Shown here: piece after piece, positions 11,028 through 25,000 of the stretch
Layout: every line of letters begins with the position of its first letter
Position numbering within the stretch: position 1 is the first letter of the stretch
Origin: Catajapyx aquilonaris
Lineage: Eukaryota
DNA: 57,009 bases
NCBI GenBank assembly: GCA_000934665.2
Contig: KZ538639.1
Coordinates: 1 to 57,009 of the forward strand
Reading direction: 5' to 3'
Notes under the pieces: generated by a model
The model's input: the letters and a program-made list of their open reading frames with translations, nothing else
The model's database searches: none
Told to the model about the DNA's origin: nothing
Made by a program: the position numbers and the translations under genes

Positions 11028-14000
11028 ACTATCTTGCATAGAAAAAAGCGAGCGAAGTGAGGGCTTTTCTAGTTATAGTATACAATCCTCTAAATGGATA
11101 AAGAAATTTATGGCGTTCCAATATAATGCAAGTTTTAGTAAGCAACTAAGCGACTAATCTTAAAGCAGTTACTATTCGCGTTAGCTATTACGTTGCTTGG
11201 ACAAATAGCCTGCAAAATAACGGTTAGTTTAATGTATAGAATTGCCCAGTCTAACGTTATAAGGAGCCATCTAGCCGTCAGGTTTCGACACTATCTGAAA
11301 AGCATGCTGAAAAGATACCTGACTTTCCAGAGCTACTTCTTCGAGGTTCACCACATGTAGTAGAGTATATAAAAGTTAGTTCTCTATTTTCGTTTTTTTT
11401 TCTCCTTCTTGCCCGGCAAGCATCTCCGGAAAAGTTGCATCTGTGCCATCCGCCCCCAAGTTGGGAGAAATAAATTCACGACTACGGGTCCTTCTATTTG
11501 AAGAGGAAAGACGTGAAGTGTGGGATTTGGGATCTGGGCGTGATTTGTGAAGGGGAAGGGAGAAAACAAACTCATCCATTTTCTATACTTAGAACTTGGT
11601 GGCATGCGGAATCGTCAATTTTAATTCAACGACGGGGCTTGGTTTTGAAGCCCCCACTATTTTCTACTGTGTCCAACCGACCCCCCCAAAAAATCATAGT
11701 TTTGTCCTTCCGGGAGGTCATCCGCTTGTAAATCTTCCACCATCTGATTTCGACCTCCAGACATGAATAGTCTGCAAAAATATATATATATATATATCTG
11801 CTCTTTGGGTGGGGAGTGGGTGGGAAGGGCTGCTTCCCGTGGATGAATTAGTACTCGACAGGCCCAACTCAGAAAGTCTCCAGCAGCAATGAAAAGCAAA
11901 ACTCGGTCAGTCTCATCATCTGCAAATGCCGGGGCTGGGAAAACTTTCCATTCCGCAAACTCCCCCCCCCCAACCAACGGCACCACAAAACCGCCACCAC
12001 GACTTATGTCATAATGAATCCCTGGCATTGCAGATGACAGGCGTTGAATCGGGGGATGCCTTGCGCTTGAAGGAGTGCCGCTCCATTTTCCTCCAAGTCA
12101 CGTGAACATCACTCAAACCAACCTCTAACCTCCCCCATCTAGCAAAAGCTCCAGACACCCCCCCCCCCTCCCACAGCAAAGAGAGGGGCTAAACATTCTT
12201 ATGCATCCGACCTTCCCCGGCTATTACGTGATTTCCGAAGGATTCATCCCAGCCAGAGCCTCAGATCTCACACGTACGCACCGGGAAATTAAGGTGGCTT
12301 AAGAACGGCTAATTAGGATTGAGTGCGAAAAGGCTGAGGTATAAACCTGTCTCTGAACAAGAGACATGCGCTACCTTGTATAGTACTGGGTCGGATACAT
12401 GCGAGGCGTTGCTAGTTTGTATGCGGTGGCAATGGTATATGTCGCACTCGGAGGGAATTTACGCAGGTTTACTTGGATAGAGCTAATTGGAGAAGGTATT
12501 TGTAGAATGATCGAATAAATGCTGGGTTTGCTGAAATTGGCCAGGACTGGATGGTAATGTCTCAGCCCTAGAGCGAAAATAAGGTATTGTAGGATAGGGT
12601 GTCGGATTATGACGTGCGATGCTGTATTTTCGCCTTGGAGCAGCGATATCTCCAGTTTTACAGTGAATTTGCTGCCATTATTATGCTCTGGACTGTACTT
12701 CAAAAATTACAGAAATGACAACTCGCCAACCCGCCACGTGTTCGCGAGAGCCTTTCACATATCGCATATAAGGTTTGGGTTGGAGAATGCCATATGGGGT
12801 GCAATTCCACACAATGAACATTTACACAAAATAATATCAACTAAACAAATTAACTGTAAAACATTTTGACCAAAACTCCAGTGGCATATATGATAAAGAG
12901 AGGTGGTGTTAGCAGCATATTTCTCACGTCTCCATGCATTTCAAACAGTTGTTTACATCACAAAATATTAGACAAGTGACATCGCTATTGCATTCGAGAG
13001 TGAAAAATAGCTGTTATCGGCCATACCTCACGATTAAAATGCCGGTCGAAAACGTACGAGCTCAAACTCGTAAGCAAATTGTTATGGACTTAATAGAGGA
13101 CGCGCACTATAACTTACATCCAATGCAAATATACTACAGATCCAGGGTCGGTTGGTGTTCAACTTTAAATGATAGGTTAATTAAAATAACGTACTCCATG
13201 GATTACGTTCTACTAATCCAAATCCCGCCGTCTATCATCGGGATTAGACCTGACTTGACTAGAATCACACTTGGCACCCAAACAAAGATAGAAGGTCTTG
13301 GACGTTTACAAAAAAAAAAACCGAAAAAAATAAAACCCGGAGTCAAACGTTACCTAATCACCCAGGGCTTGGTTAATTTACAACCAAAGCCTCGTTTTGG
13401 AACCGTTTCCTTCCCGTCCACTGGCTGCACGCGGGGAGGGTGTTTGAAAAATGGGAATCGTAGTATTATTGACTACATATCCCATTAATATCATCGAACA
13501 CGTTGTACTCCCATTCACGAGGCAGGAATGACCAACAAGCTCCCGCCATAATAATTTATCGATCTTGCATGGCAAGTGCGGGAATAACGGTTAATTATTT
13601 TAAGCGGATGCTTCCTTTTTACTGTAGTTGCTGTGTTTTTCTCATTCCTATACAAAAAGAGCGGTTCTTTTTATCCAAATAGACTGGTCTTTTAGTAGGT
13701 CGGTTGCGCATAAACAGGATCCACTCAGCTCTGGTGGCCATCCATCGCGACTGTTCTGCTAAGGATCACCAGTGACACTTCCTTTAAATTGGCAGTGATT
13801 TACAAGGGGGCGAGGGACATAAATCCTAGCCCCAACTGCACTGCCTCTGACGACTTGATTTTTTGAGGGGGTGGCTCATAATTTAAAGCGGCTCCAGGAT
13901 ATTGTGCTGCAGGCTTGTAAATATCCTTGCAGTTGGCAACCCATGTGATTTAACGCAGTAGCAGGCTTCAACATTCAAACTCCCGCCTTTTTGATCGGTC

Positions 14001-17000
14001 TACCTGGAGTAGGTAAGCGAAAAAGTCAGCGGTTCCCCCCCTTTAACGGTTTTAACGGTTTTCATGTTGTCCCGCCAGAGAGTGGCCGTTGGGCGGACAA
14101 TTGAGGTGGTGTCCGAGATTGGTTGGGAGCCTGGGCCTATTTCGGAGGCTGCTGGGTTCTGCGGGGATTCTGATTGAGAGCAGCAAGGAAGAGGAGGAGG
14201 GCTGGCCCTTCATCAGAGCTGGAATGTGAGGGACTGCTGATGTACTGTCCTGGTTTGGCGCTCAGGGAAAGACAAGCCAACTTGGCCTCCACTTCCCACA
14301 GCCCAGGGATGCCGATGGATCCATCCCACCCTCCCCTCCCTCGACAACACGCATACGTATATATTATTCCGTCCCGACTTGCTTTTTGGACGCCCTCGAC
14401 TGATCCTTTCCGACCGACGCAGCTGTTTCGTCCGTCTTTCCTGCCTGACGCCTGTCGTCATGACGCTGCTTACAAAACGTCGGGGATGTGGCTGCGTGGG
14501 ACTTTTATAGTCGGCACTACCTAATTGGCAAATATTTACAAATAAGCTCACTATTGCCAAAACCTCTCTCTTGTGAGTGTTACATATCCAGACTACACCT
14601 ATATTGGGAACCTTTGTCTTGCAAACATTTCATAGTATGTACGAGTATTTATGGTCCGAGCTTCATGATCGGTTGAACGTGTGTCAAAGCCCACATATAC
14701 TTATATGGCCGGAGAGATCGCTCCGGAACTTGTTCTGTGTGCGACGGTTATTTTTGGTGTTTGTGGCTTGAAACAGTCGCCTGGTAATAACTTTCGCTGG
14801 CAGTTGCAGGTTAGTAGTTGTTGATATGTGGCTGAGTCACTGCTTCACACACACGTAGGCCGTTTGTCAGCCTCTCCTTGACCGATATAGGCGATGCATT
14901 AAAGAAGTCATTCCACCCCCTCCCCCCTTCCCATTTCACCCGTATTGGAACAAAGCCACAGAATTGTTTCTTTTTGGTACGCCATCGCCTGTCATCCAGC
15001 ATCAATTGCCTCTCCCTAAAACCGCTGCCAAAAGCAGGGAGAAAGGTGATGACGTCCCTGCAACCTTTTGGATACATGAATGATTAATGTCCAATCAGTA
15101 CAGCAATATCGTCGGATTTGGCATCGTCTCGATATTCCTGGGTAAAAATCTTCATTACGGACCCCCCGAATTTACGGTCCCTGTCATTCAAGTCCATTTC
15201 TCACATCAGCGTGTCAACATATCACTCCCTTCTCTCGCAATTCCAAACCCACGACTATTCTCAGCCCAACCTCTTGTTTTCTTTGGCTCCGGTAGCGCAA
15301 GTATATTTCATTCTCCTTTATGCAAACCTGTAAACATGCAGTGTTCCCTTGCATAGGATGGAGGGTCAATCGGCTCTGGCAGGGGTCCGTTTGGAGTCGT
15401 CTTCATTTATTTCGAGATGGGCTGTACCTCGCTCTTGAGAAGGCTCTTAGCGCGTTTGATAGAATGGGATTAATTCCCCGTCCCGTCGCCAACATTCCGA
15501 CCACTTCTTTCCTCACCCGCACTCCCTTTGTCAACGTCCTTCTCGGAGCCTGTACTACACGACGGAACCCACTGCACTGCTAAATGCCTTCTACCTAACC
15601 TCAAATCAGCGCTAATGAGACGCCACTGACATGGTGCGCCCGGTACTAACTGAACTATTACGCTTTTTCTGGAAACCAGCCAGGGTACAAGGGAGCATAT
15701 GAATGCGAGAAGGCTGCGGGAACTGTAAGCTGCAAAATAGGTTCAATTTAATATTATTTTTACTTCGAAAAGGCAGTCCAGCAAGTAGCAGGTTATCTTT
15801 GTTGGTTTGTACTTACACTTATCAGTATATTTTCCTTGCAGGGAACTGAACTTGTAACTATAAGGGTTTGGCTTTGGCATGAGAGGTCAAGGGCAGAGGG
15901 CCATGTGCGCAGTTTGATTCATCCTGCCAGAACCTTCCTCGACTGACAACAAGGATTGCATTTAATGTAGTATTATACGTTAGTATTTTTGCAGTGTTAT
16001 GTGCCTAGAGGAACCTCTCAAAGATTTACTGCGCAATAAAAATCAATTGAGGGTCAAAATTAGGCTAACTCATGTAGTCGCGTGAATAATATTTCAATTA
16101 GGATGAGTGATTTGTTTTTAAATGTTAACGATGGTTCACCATGAAATTTTCATACTGATTGACAATAATAGTTTAAATTGGCATTCAAAGCAGATCTATA
16201 CTGGCAATATTCGGCTTGATTATGTACAATGTCAAACTTCGACAACCTGTACAAGCCAATAAGAACTTCCTTGAGTTTATTCAGAACCTAACAGCAGAAC
16301 CATGCCACCACTCATTCATTTGTATCATTCAGCTCAGTCACTGGCACTCAATTTCGATATTCCCGACGGGCTACAGAGCACAGGTTTTACGAAGTAGTAC
16401 AAGGGGGCTTTTCACCCCAAACTCAAAATAAACTCGTTACTTGACAGCCAGCCACAGTCAGGCCAAAAGTCACTCACATCACTCGAAACCAAACACTCAT
16501 CACATGCAACCTTTCCTCCAACCATACGTGACGCCTGCCATTAAGACAACAATCGAGCGTCAAAACAGTGCCGAACATCTTACACATCATTCAAGATTCT
16601 CATAGGGAACATTCGGACACTTGGCCTTAGTTGGTTCGGTTGACTGTCACCAAATGATTACATTTCGATATATCGCAAATGCAATGGATATATCGATTTT
16701 CGGTACACTGCATGATATATCCGATATTTTTGCAAAATTGTCATATTTTGGCCGCCGGACTAGAAGCACGTAGCACCCAAGGCCGGCCCAGGGGCGGAGG
16801 TGTCCTCCTGCCCATCCGCACGTGATTAAATTGAATCAGGCAGGTCCGGAATCCCTCCTGGCCCCCTCTCTCATCCCCATCCCGACCGCAAGACCATCGC
16901 TGCTCACCTCCGCAGCCCAGATACAAAAGAAGCCCTACGGATCTGCAACAACGCCTGCAGTAAACCCCCCGTCCTCTCTCTCCCAGATGATTAAAAGGAT

Positions 17001-20000
17001 AACTAGGCCTGGGCTACTGCGTTATTCAGCAAAGATCCCGGATCAAGGCCCGCTGGTTTAGTACCCCCTCCTACAACTCCTAGAGACGCGCCTGCGCGAT
17101 TGACCATCATCCCGACACATGTGACGGCCCGCCGGCCCATTAGACCGTGAATTATGAACGGCACTATTGAGCTTACTGGGATGCTTATTAGACCCAGATA
17201 TTAATAAGGAATGTGCTTACCGAAGCTAGCCCGGGGAAGGTGTTATTAAGAAGAATTTTCGGATAATTTACATAATTTTCACCTAACTTGAAGTATTTGT
17301 CAGAGGGAAAGTGCATATTAACCGAGGGGGTGGCACACATCTCGTCTTCCTGCTTTTCGGGGGCCCCTGCCTCATTTCCTCCTGTCATAAATACGCGAGG
17401 GAGCGATAGCATTACAGGGAGACCAATAAAGGAAAAGAAATGGGGAATTTGTTTGGTTCCATTAAGGACGTCCAGCCCGCTAATCAAGACGGAGGATTCT
17501 TTTTGGGCCCCGCAAAGTAGAGTAATTAGGAGGCGGCGGCAACCCCACGGGTTTTTCCCTCCTTCCATCTTTTGCAAAGTTGGAAGTTGGCGGTGGTGGT
17601 CGTGGGGACCCATGCTCTGCTCCTACCCAGGATTATTATTACTGCTCATATGGACCGACAGCCAGCACTTAGGTGTGGTCAGCGCTATGTGGGCGCCACG
17701 GGATGGCCCGAAATGGCCTCCGCTAGGATTTCAGCCCTAAAGAGACGGGACCTGGCGGCCCTTTTGCCCTGCTCTTGCATGGTGACTCGCCTCCAACTTG
17801 CTCTCTAATGCCCTCGTTAATGCCATATCCCGTAATCAACAAGGACCTCATCTCTCTTGACGTACTTGGCGCAACCCCTCTCTGCCCTACATGCCTGCAC
17901 CCAGCTTCTCTTCTTATATAAGGAGGACTATATCACACACACACACTTGCAGTCTATAGACCTTTTCCTCCAGGTGGCTTTCCGCCTATTCGCGCCCCCT
18001 CAGCGTACAGGTTCAGCTCGTTACCCTGTGCAGGCCACCATGACCCCAGCACGAGGCCTGGGATTGCCTGTTTCTGCTTCTAGCTACCTGATTCATTATG
18101 CACCTGTGTCGTACAGCAGGTCACTTTTCTAGGCTGCATGATCCAAACGGATCTGGGTATTCCCATCACAAAGTGTGACATTCTAGAGCCAATATAAGCA
18201 AAGGTCCTGCTGTACAAATGGCGTAATTGCAAATATCTGGAATGCTGATTGTTCTGTCAGTCAACCCAGAACCAAACCTCGGTGACCTACGATTCCAAGT
18301 GCGTTCCAGATCTGACAGCAAACCCAATTTCAAATTTGATTACAAACTCCTCTGAGCTGTTGGCGGCATACCTAACACCAAGACGGGCTCTAAGACATTT
18401 AGTTCCAATAATAATCAGCAGGACTCATGCAACTCCTGGAAAAGTGACAATATCCCTCCCTCTCCACCCCCCCCCCCCTCAAGACCTGCGGCAGAAGGGG
18501 GCTTATTTTCAGTTCTCGTCGCCTGAGAAAGTCAAATAGTCGTTTCCCTCGTGATGAGACCCCGTCCTATATGGAGGGTTACAAGAGATCCGGATAATTA
18601 ACTGCTGACTTTGAACATCCTTCAAGTTTATGGCGAAATAATGTAACGTAACCTTCTAATTTTGTGGCAGCAGGGCAGAAAATGGAAACCGCACGAATTA
18701 GAAGTGCAAGCTGTTACACTGTAATCTCATCCATGACAATTTTGTTACGAAAAGGAAAAGGGGTGGAGGGGGAAAAGCTGACTGCATTTCTCGTTTGTAC
18801 GCCTCGTTTCATCCGACATTGCCAAGTACGTTTTTCCGTCCCTGCAAACAAAAATTTCGCCATTATTTAAAAAAAAAGATAAAGTCGATAATGTGTTTAC
18901 AGCATTAATTATTGCCGATTACATGGCACTAACATGGAAGGATTTGGGTCCACCCCCCCTCTTTTTTAAACTGCGCCCAATAGCAGAGTACATAACTCAG
19001 CCTTCCCACCAGTCATTAAAACATGATCGCATGCAACATATGATACTGCATTATGTCACGGAATTTTAACCTTCATCAATGCAGCAGCTGTAGCCAATTT
19101 ATGGGTTGGCCCCCGTACTGCATTACAAGAGCACTTTGGATGCGATAAGATAAGCTTGCGAAAAAAAGGGACTTTTATAGACCTGCCTTACTACTAAAAA
19201 TGCTGCGGTATTGATACATGACGGTCACTTTATAACTTATATAAAAGGCATTAAGCGATTGTATCACACGATGGGGTGTAGCTGGCTCGAACTCGTTCAG
19301 GGCAGGCCGTGACCTATGGAACACTTGCGAATTTTTTGTAAAAAATATTTAAAATTGGAGGTTCAACTCCTATGGTGTAACATTCGCCAAAGTTTTTATC
19401 ACTACCGGTACCATACAGTAAATGTAGCACAATTTCTACTTTGTATTACACATGTGAGCCCCATTACAAAATAGCTGGTTCTTAATTACATAAGGCATTG
19501 AAACAATGTTATGAGGCAAACATATTGTGTAGAAAAGCATTTTTGGCACATTTCAATTTCCAAAAGATTTCCAAATCGATGAAGGTCACATATTAAGTTA
19601 CATAACCTAAAAATAATGCTCAAATCATATTGCAGTAATGCAGGACTTTGCAACATTTTCTCTAAATTTACACTAAGCTGGACTGATGGCATCCTGTGCG
19701 GGCATAAGCATAACCGAACAGAATTCCTGTCTCGAAAGATCATTCTGTGACCTCCCGTACGGCCGTCCAAATATACTCTTGGAAGTCTGGGCTGGAAGAA
19801 GTGAAGCAATTGGCCTCAAAGGACCTCCGCTAGGGCGACACTTGATTTATCCGCGCCTCTTAAAAGTCCTCCTCACTCCTCACTCTTTTTAAAAATAGAC
19901 ATAAAAATCACAAGAATGATTACCGACATGCAATTTACAGGGTGCTGCGGCTGCCAGCAGCAAAAGCGACGTGCATTGCTCAAGGGTAAAGATAGAACCC

Positions 20001-22043
20001 AAAAGGTCGCCTCGAGAGGTCATGGAAACAATAAAGTGGGAGAGGCTTTTGTTCACTCGGGGCATCGCAATACAAGAATGGAATGTGGGGACTGCGACAT
20101 TACCGCGCTATTTATTTGAACCTGCTTGTGTAATGCTGCTAAACTATTGCTGCTGGCCAAAGGTGATGTTTCCAATCATATAATCAGACTAATGAGGACA
20201 GCGCCCGCCCACAGCGGTACCAGAAAGAACTTCATGCCCATAAGTCCTCCATGTAAGGGCCGCTACTCCCCCCGATAGTAAGACAAAATAAATAAGTAAA
20301 TAAATAAATTTGCCCAAGACGTTTAAATGCTACACACCCGTTTACATGCGGCTGCTGCTAAAACATATTCAGCATGACTGACTTTTATGGCGATTGCCGG
20401 GCCCTATTATGTTTCGCTATCAATGGCCTCCTGTAAACGGGCCTCTTACTGCATCCAAGCCATACTACAAACTAATGCAGGCACTCCCTGGATATACAAT
20501 ACTTAACTCGCTGGCAGAATGAACCTTTTGAGACAATCTAATGTCCTATTGTCGCGATAAAATCTTGAAGCTCCTCACGAATGGAAATGGCCGGCGCAAA
20601 GAAAAGCTCAGCTGGAACAAAAGTAATTGCTTAATAGTCAGTCATTAAGCTCATTTAATAATGTGGGGGCTCCAATTAAAAAGAGAGGAGTCCATTGCTG
20701 CAGTCAATGGCAGTGACACTGCGGTAAAGGTGCAATTACTCTTCTCCTGCGATGGCGATGAGCGAGGGGGATTTGGTTGCACAGCTCGGATCCTACGATT
20801 TTTCAATTAAGCCTCTTCTCTTAATACGGCCACCGGCTTAAGTCCCCCCCATTAGATTGATACCGCCGGAGGACTTTTCTTCAAGGAGCTCCCTTCCTCC
20901 AAGCTAAAGTGAATTGCTCTCGACTTAACAGTTCGGATGTGTACTTTATGGTTAAGTAGCATTCGAGTGTGAGATGCTAATTTTATTTTCAACTGCGCTT
21001 TTCAATGGTTCCTGCTGGAGGACCCAATTGGCTTCTTATTTGTCAATCCGGGTTGGGATATCCAGCATGGTCGGTAGCATCCCAAAAAGTCAATTCGTCA
21101 CATACACATATGTGAAATTTGCATAAATTAAATGATTTAACTCCCCATGACAATTTTGTAAATCTCTAAATGTTCCAAAATTGTGCAACTCCTTGAATTA
21201 AAATTTTCGACTAATTTTGCCAGATATCATCACCTGAGTGACATGGTGCCATCAAAGTCGTACTCTTTTAAACATAGACACCCCAAAAGTGTAAAAAAAT
21301 GAAAGACCAGAAATTCCAACTTGAACTTTTAATTTCAGCAAACAAATGAATGCATAACTTATTAATAATTACCGCGATATCATGTTAGATGTGAATATCA
21401 GATAGGCAATTCCTGGGCATGGTTTCTGGAATGGAAAAAGCAGAATGGAAGAGGGCATGTCCTACAGTTGATTACCCGGGGCAACAGTGTGAAGGCGGAT
21501 GAGGTGCAGGACAATAGGCCATGTGACACCTGCCTTCCAGCATCATGTCACCCCCCGTCCTCCTCCTCCCCTCCAGCCCCTACTTCCTTCACTCCCTTTG
21601 TGACGGTCAGGTGGTAACAATAGCAGTTCCCTTCATCCACATCTAAAACCGTGATTATCACTGCATGGGGCATCTTTCAAAAGGAGACAGGAACTTTTTG
21701 GGTGGGTTGTTGCAGGGCAGGTCAACAGATTTGTGACGCCTTTCGACAGACCGATTGCTGCTGCATGGTTTTCGAAACAAGGAGCCGAAGATGGTAAAAA
21801 AAATTGGTGGAAGAATAGTGGGGGCGGCGACTGGAGAATAGGGGGCGGAAAAAAGAGAAACACTTTGCCCCATTCTGACACATACTCGATCATCACAGGT
21901 GTTTCTTATTAGACTCCTACAAATGTCTTTCCGTCCCGCCGAATTTATCATGGGACGAACCTGATTTATTAATAGGCTTATTACTCAGTGTTGGGGTGGA
22001 AACACCACTAGTAACTAAAGGTATGGGAAGGAAAATTGTGGCC

Positions 22044-22053
22044 TGATGGATGG
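22044..22053 (+). promoter_or_regulatory. Pbx-Hox1-type bipartite site TGATGGATGG
   Basis: Exact TGATGGATGG, with a TGATTTAT nearby at 21962. Confidence 0.3.
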
Positions 22054-25000
22054 ACCTACTTGGCCTCCTTCGCGGCAAAGAGCGTGGAAATCCGCGCGAA
22101 AAGGCAGGCCGCTCGTAATCACGCCTTTTTTTGTGGTCACCAAATTCATCACGAGTGTGTCGCCAACCACTATGCGACATTGCAACACTTTGTTGAGAAT
22201 GGTGGAAAATTTATCGATAGCCAAGTTACCAATATTGTGACATTTTTAGCAAAGTGATGGACCTTGCATCTGTAGCATGCAATTTATTAGTATTTTAATA
22301 ATGAACACATTGATTTATATGTAACATTTAACAAAATATAGTCGAGTTTTTTGGACCTCCTGCAAAATTTTCATGTATGTCATACAACACTTGTCAATTT
22401 ACATTTTTGCCGTATCAATTTTATGTATTAAAATTGCAGCATGAGGCTGTCTAGTCCATGTCCACGCACGAATATTCTTGACATTTTCGTTAAATAAATA
22501 TTTTACATCGCAAATTTTTTAATATCATGAAAGCAAAAAACAGCTGAATCATTTTCATTTGCTGATATTTCGTACATGTGCGGTGCAGGACAATATCGGA
22601 TTGCACCAGCGTGACAGCCCCCACAGGCAATCCGCTGCAACTGAAGGCCTCAACTGAGAAAATGTGTAAGTTCACATCTGGACCACCTGTGCAGCGATTG
22701 ATTTTTTTAAGCAAATGGGCAATCACACCTTTTTTAACCCACTATATTTTAACAAGAAAAAGTCCCTCCAGTTAGGATTGGGAGCTCCTGTTCTTCCCAT
22801 GACTGAAGAGGGGGCTTGGTCGTGATGTCCCCCGACGCAATTCCACAAGACATGTCCTTTTGGGTAGGTGGAGAGCTCAATCCGAATCCCCGACAGTGGA
22901 GCGGGTCTATCCGTGTGCAGCAGGGGAAGCCTAGACCTGGCGCTTCAGTCTCTTGCATGACGAAAGCCTAATTAATCCCTTTTCTGTCCCGACAAAGGGG
23001 AGACTGAAGGGTGCCTTTCTTGGCCCGATCGGAGCGGACACGGGCGCTTTCTCCATCTAATTAATTCTTCTGCGGAAAGAGCCCGGCGCTGGATGACGCC
23101 TTTCTCCATTCTAAAGTGCCCTCTCCAGTTCTCAGCCGCTCGTCAGAGGTGCCAGCCCACACGGATTCTCCTCCTACCGTCCACCTCTCTGTTTTCAAAA
23201 TGGAGAGAAAAGGTTGGCGACCCTGGGAGCGATGGAGGCACACCGCGGAGCTATTATGTGATTGGGAATGGACTCAAGTCACTGACCCCTGGGTCTGTCC
23301 CAGCCATTGGCTCCATTCAAAGTCACGATTCACTGCTATATTTGTTATTTATTTGTCTTTGTTATTTTGTTCATGTTAAAGTCCTTTAGAGGAAGATCAA
23401 TCGTGGTAAAAAATATAAATAAAAATTCATCCTGCATGGGCTAATTAAACGTCAAACTACTCAAATTCAATAAAGTGTGACACTGATCGTTCTATATTTC
23501 AGTTCTGTATGCCAATAAATTGCTTTAAGAAGTGTAACAGAAGGCTAAAATCATTTTCTTACTAATTGTATAAAAGACAACAACAATGGTGATTTGTAAG
23601 TTCAATGATATGATTTGTCTGAAGTTGTGGGGAGAACACCTAAAATATTTATGAATATTTACAGGCATTCTCGTGGTTCTGATTATTTGATGAAAGATAT
23701 GGGCAATTATTAAAGATTAGACCAGAGTCAGCCCTACTTATTCCAGCAAACTGCTTCACGATTTCTAGACAAATGCCAGTCGTGTCGCTTACATTTTTCA
23801 GAGTTTCCATGAGTCAGAGGGACAACAAAATCCCATTTCCTTATTCGACACAACAAAAAGGGTCCCTATTCTCATCTTGGCTTACAGTAGCGAAAAATTT
23901 ACCATGTTAATGAACACATTTGTCTTACTCTTGCCCCCGCAAGTTTCACACATTTTTTCCCTAGAAAAAAAAAATCTGGTTGGGGCAAAACCGACTTGTC
24001 CAAAATGCCGCTGATGGAACGTGATGAGCAATCGCTGCCGAAATGTTTTAACTCTGTCCACTTATGAAAGTTTCGTGCTGGGGACGATGCATTTCCCATC
24101 AGTTGCCAATCACGATTTCCCTATTCTTCTTCCCCTTTCACCGAAACTCCAGTCACGTCTGACCAGCGAATAGAAAAAAATTTGCAAATCTAAAAAAGAA
24201 AACAGTTTCTTGGCCGCAAATTTATTTAATAGGAAATAACTTGGCCTGGACGTTCCAACAAGGCTCTTAAAGTGACTTAGGACTCTTAGTTTCAAGTGCA
24301 CCTAAAATAAACACTGCTATCAATCAATATGTAATTGGTGCCAAAAACATCACACCACTCTATTACCATTACACTGTCCAATGAACGCCAGCTGGCATCC
24401 ATGCCAAAGGATTTAGTATTAAAACACTGCAGTTCATATTTAGCTCAACTTGATCTACCCATAACACTGATGGATTAGTCAAAAAATAGGAACATTATTT
24501 TGATCAATATTAGTAAAACTTTCTGAACACTTTCATTACTTTCTACTACTACTGCACTCTAGCGCGAATGACGTCAGATGTTACAATACGAATGCAACAT
24601 TTTCCGGGCTTCCTTTGAGTCAGAGTGCACCCTCCAGTAGACATGTTCGATGAACCCAAATACCCGTATATTTGGTGTCCCCATGCAGGGCATGTCGTCC
24701 CCCTTTTGCAGATCGGAAACGACTCCTTCTTGATGGCAGGGTCCACTATTGGCCCTCCCCATTTCGGTGCCAATAGGCTATCCCTGCGGTGACATTCATC
24801 TCTTAGCGGCTCACAGACCTCGCCTTGGAACCGAAACAGACTTGGCCCCTGTGTTGGTCTTATCCCGGAGCCGACGATAAATGCGGTTTCCGGAAGCCTG
24901 TCTGCGGACACACGAGTTACGACCGCCTTGGTTGATCTAGCACTGCGCCGCTTTCCTCTATCTCCCCTTCTTTCTGTCTTTCTGAAAGGAGTAGCACATC

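Noticed and set aside
12934..13488. Longest ORF (184 aa)
   Set aside because: No recognisable domain, random-looking composition, and a lysine run produced by a poly-A tract; the length is compatible with chance in 57 kb.
4475..15841. Consensus splice sites (minus donors near 4475 and 9556; plus acceptors near 6160 and 15841; plus donors near 10533 and 14013)
   Set aside because: I could not assemble them into a coherent reading frame, and such matches are expected by chance. Only RNA-seq could reveal non-coding exons here.
16666..16722. Three GATATATC palindromic words
   Set aside because: Too short and irregular to define an element.
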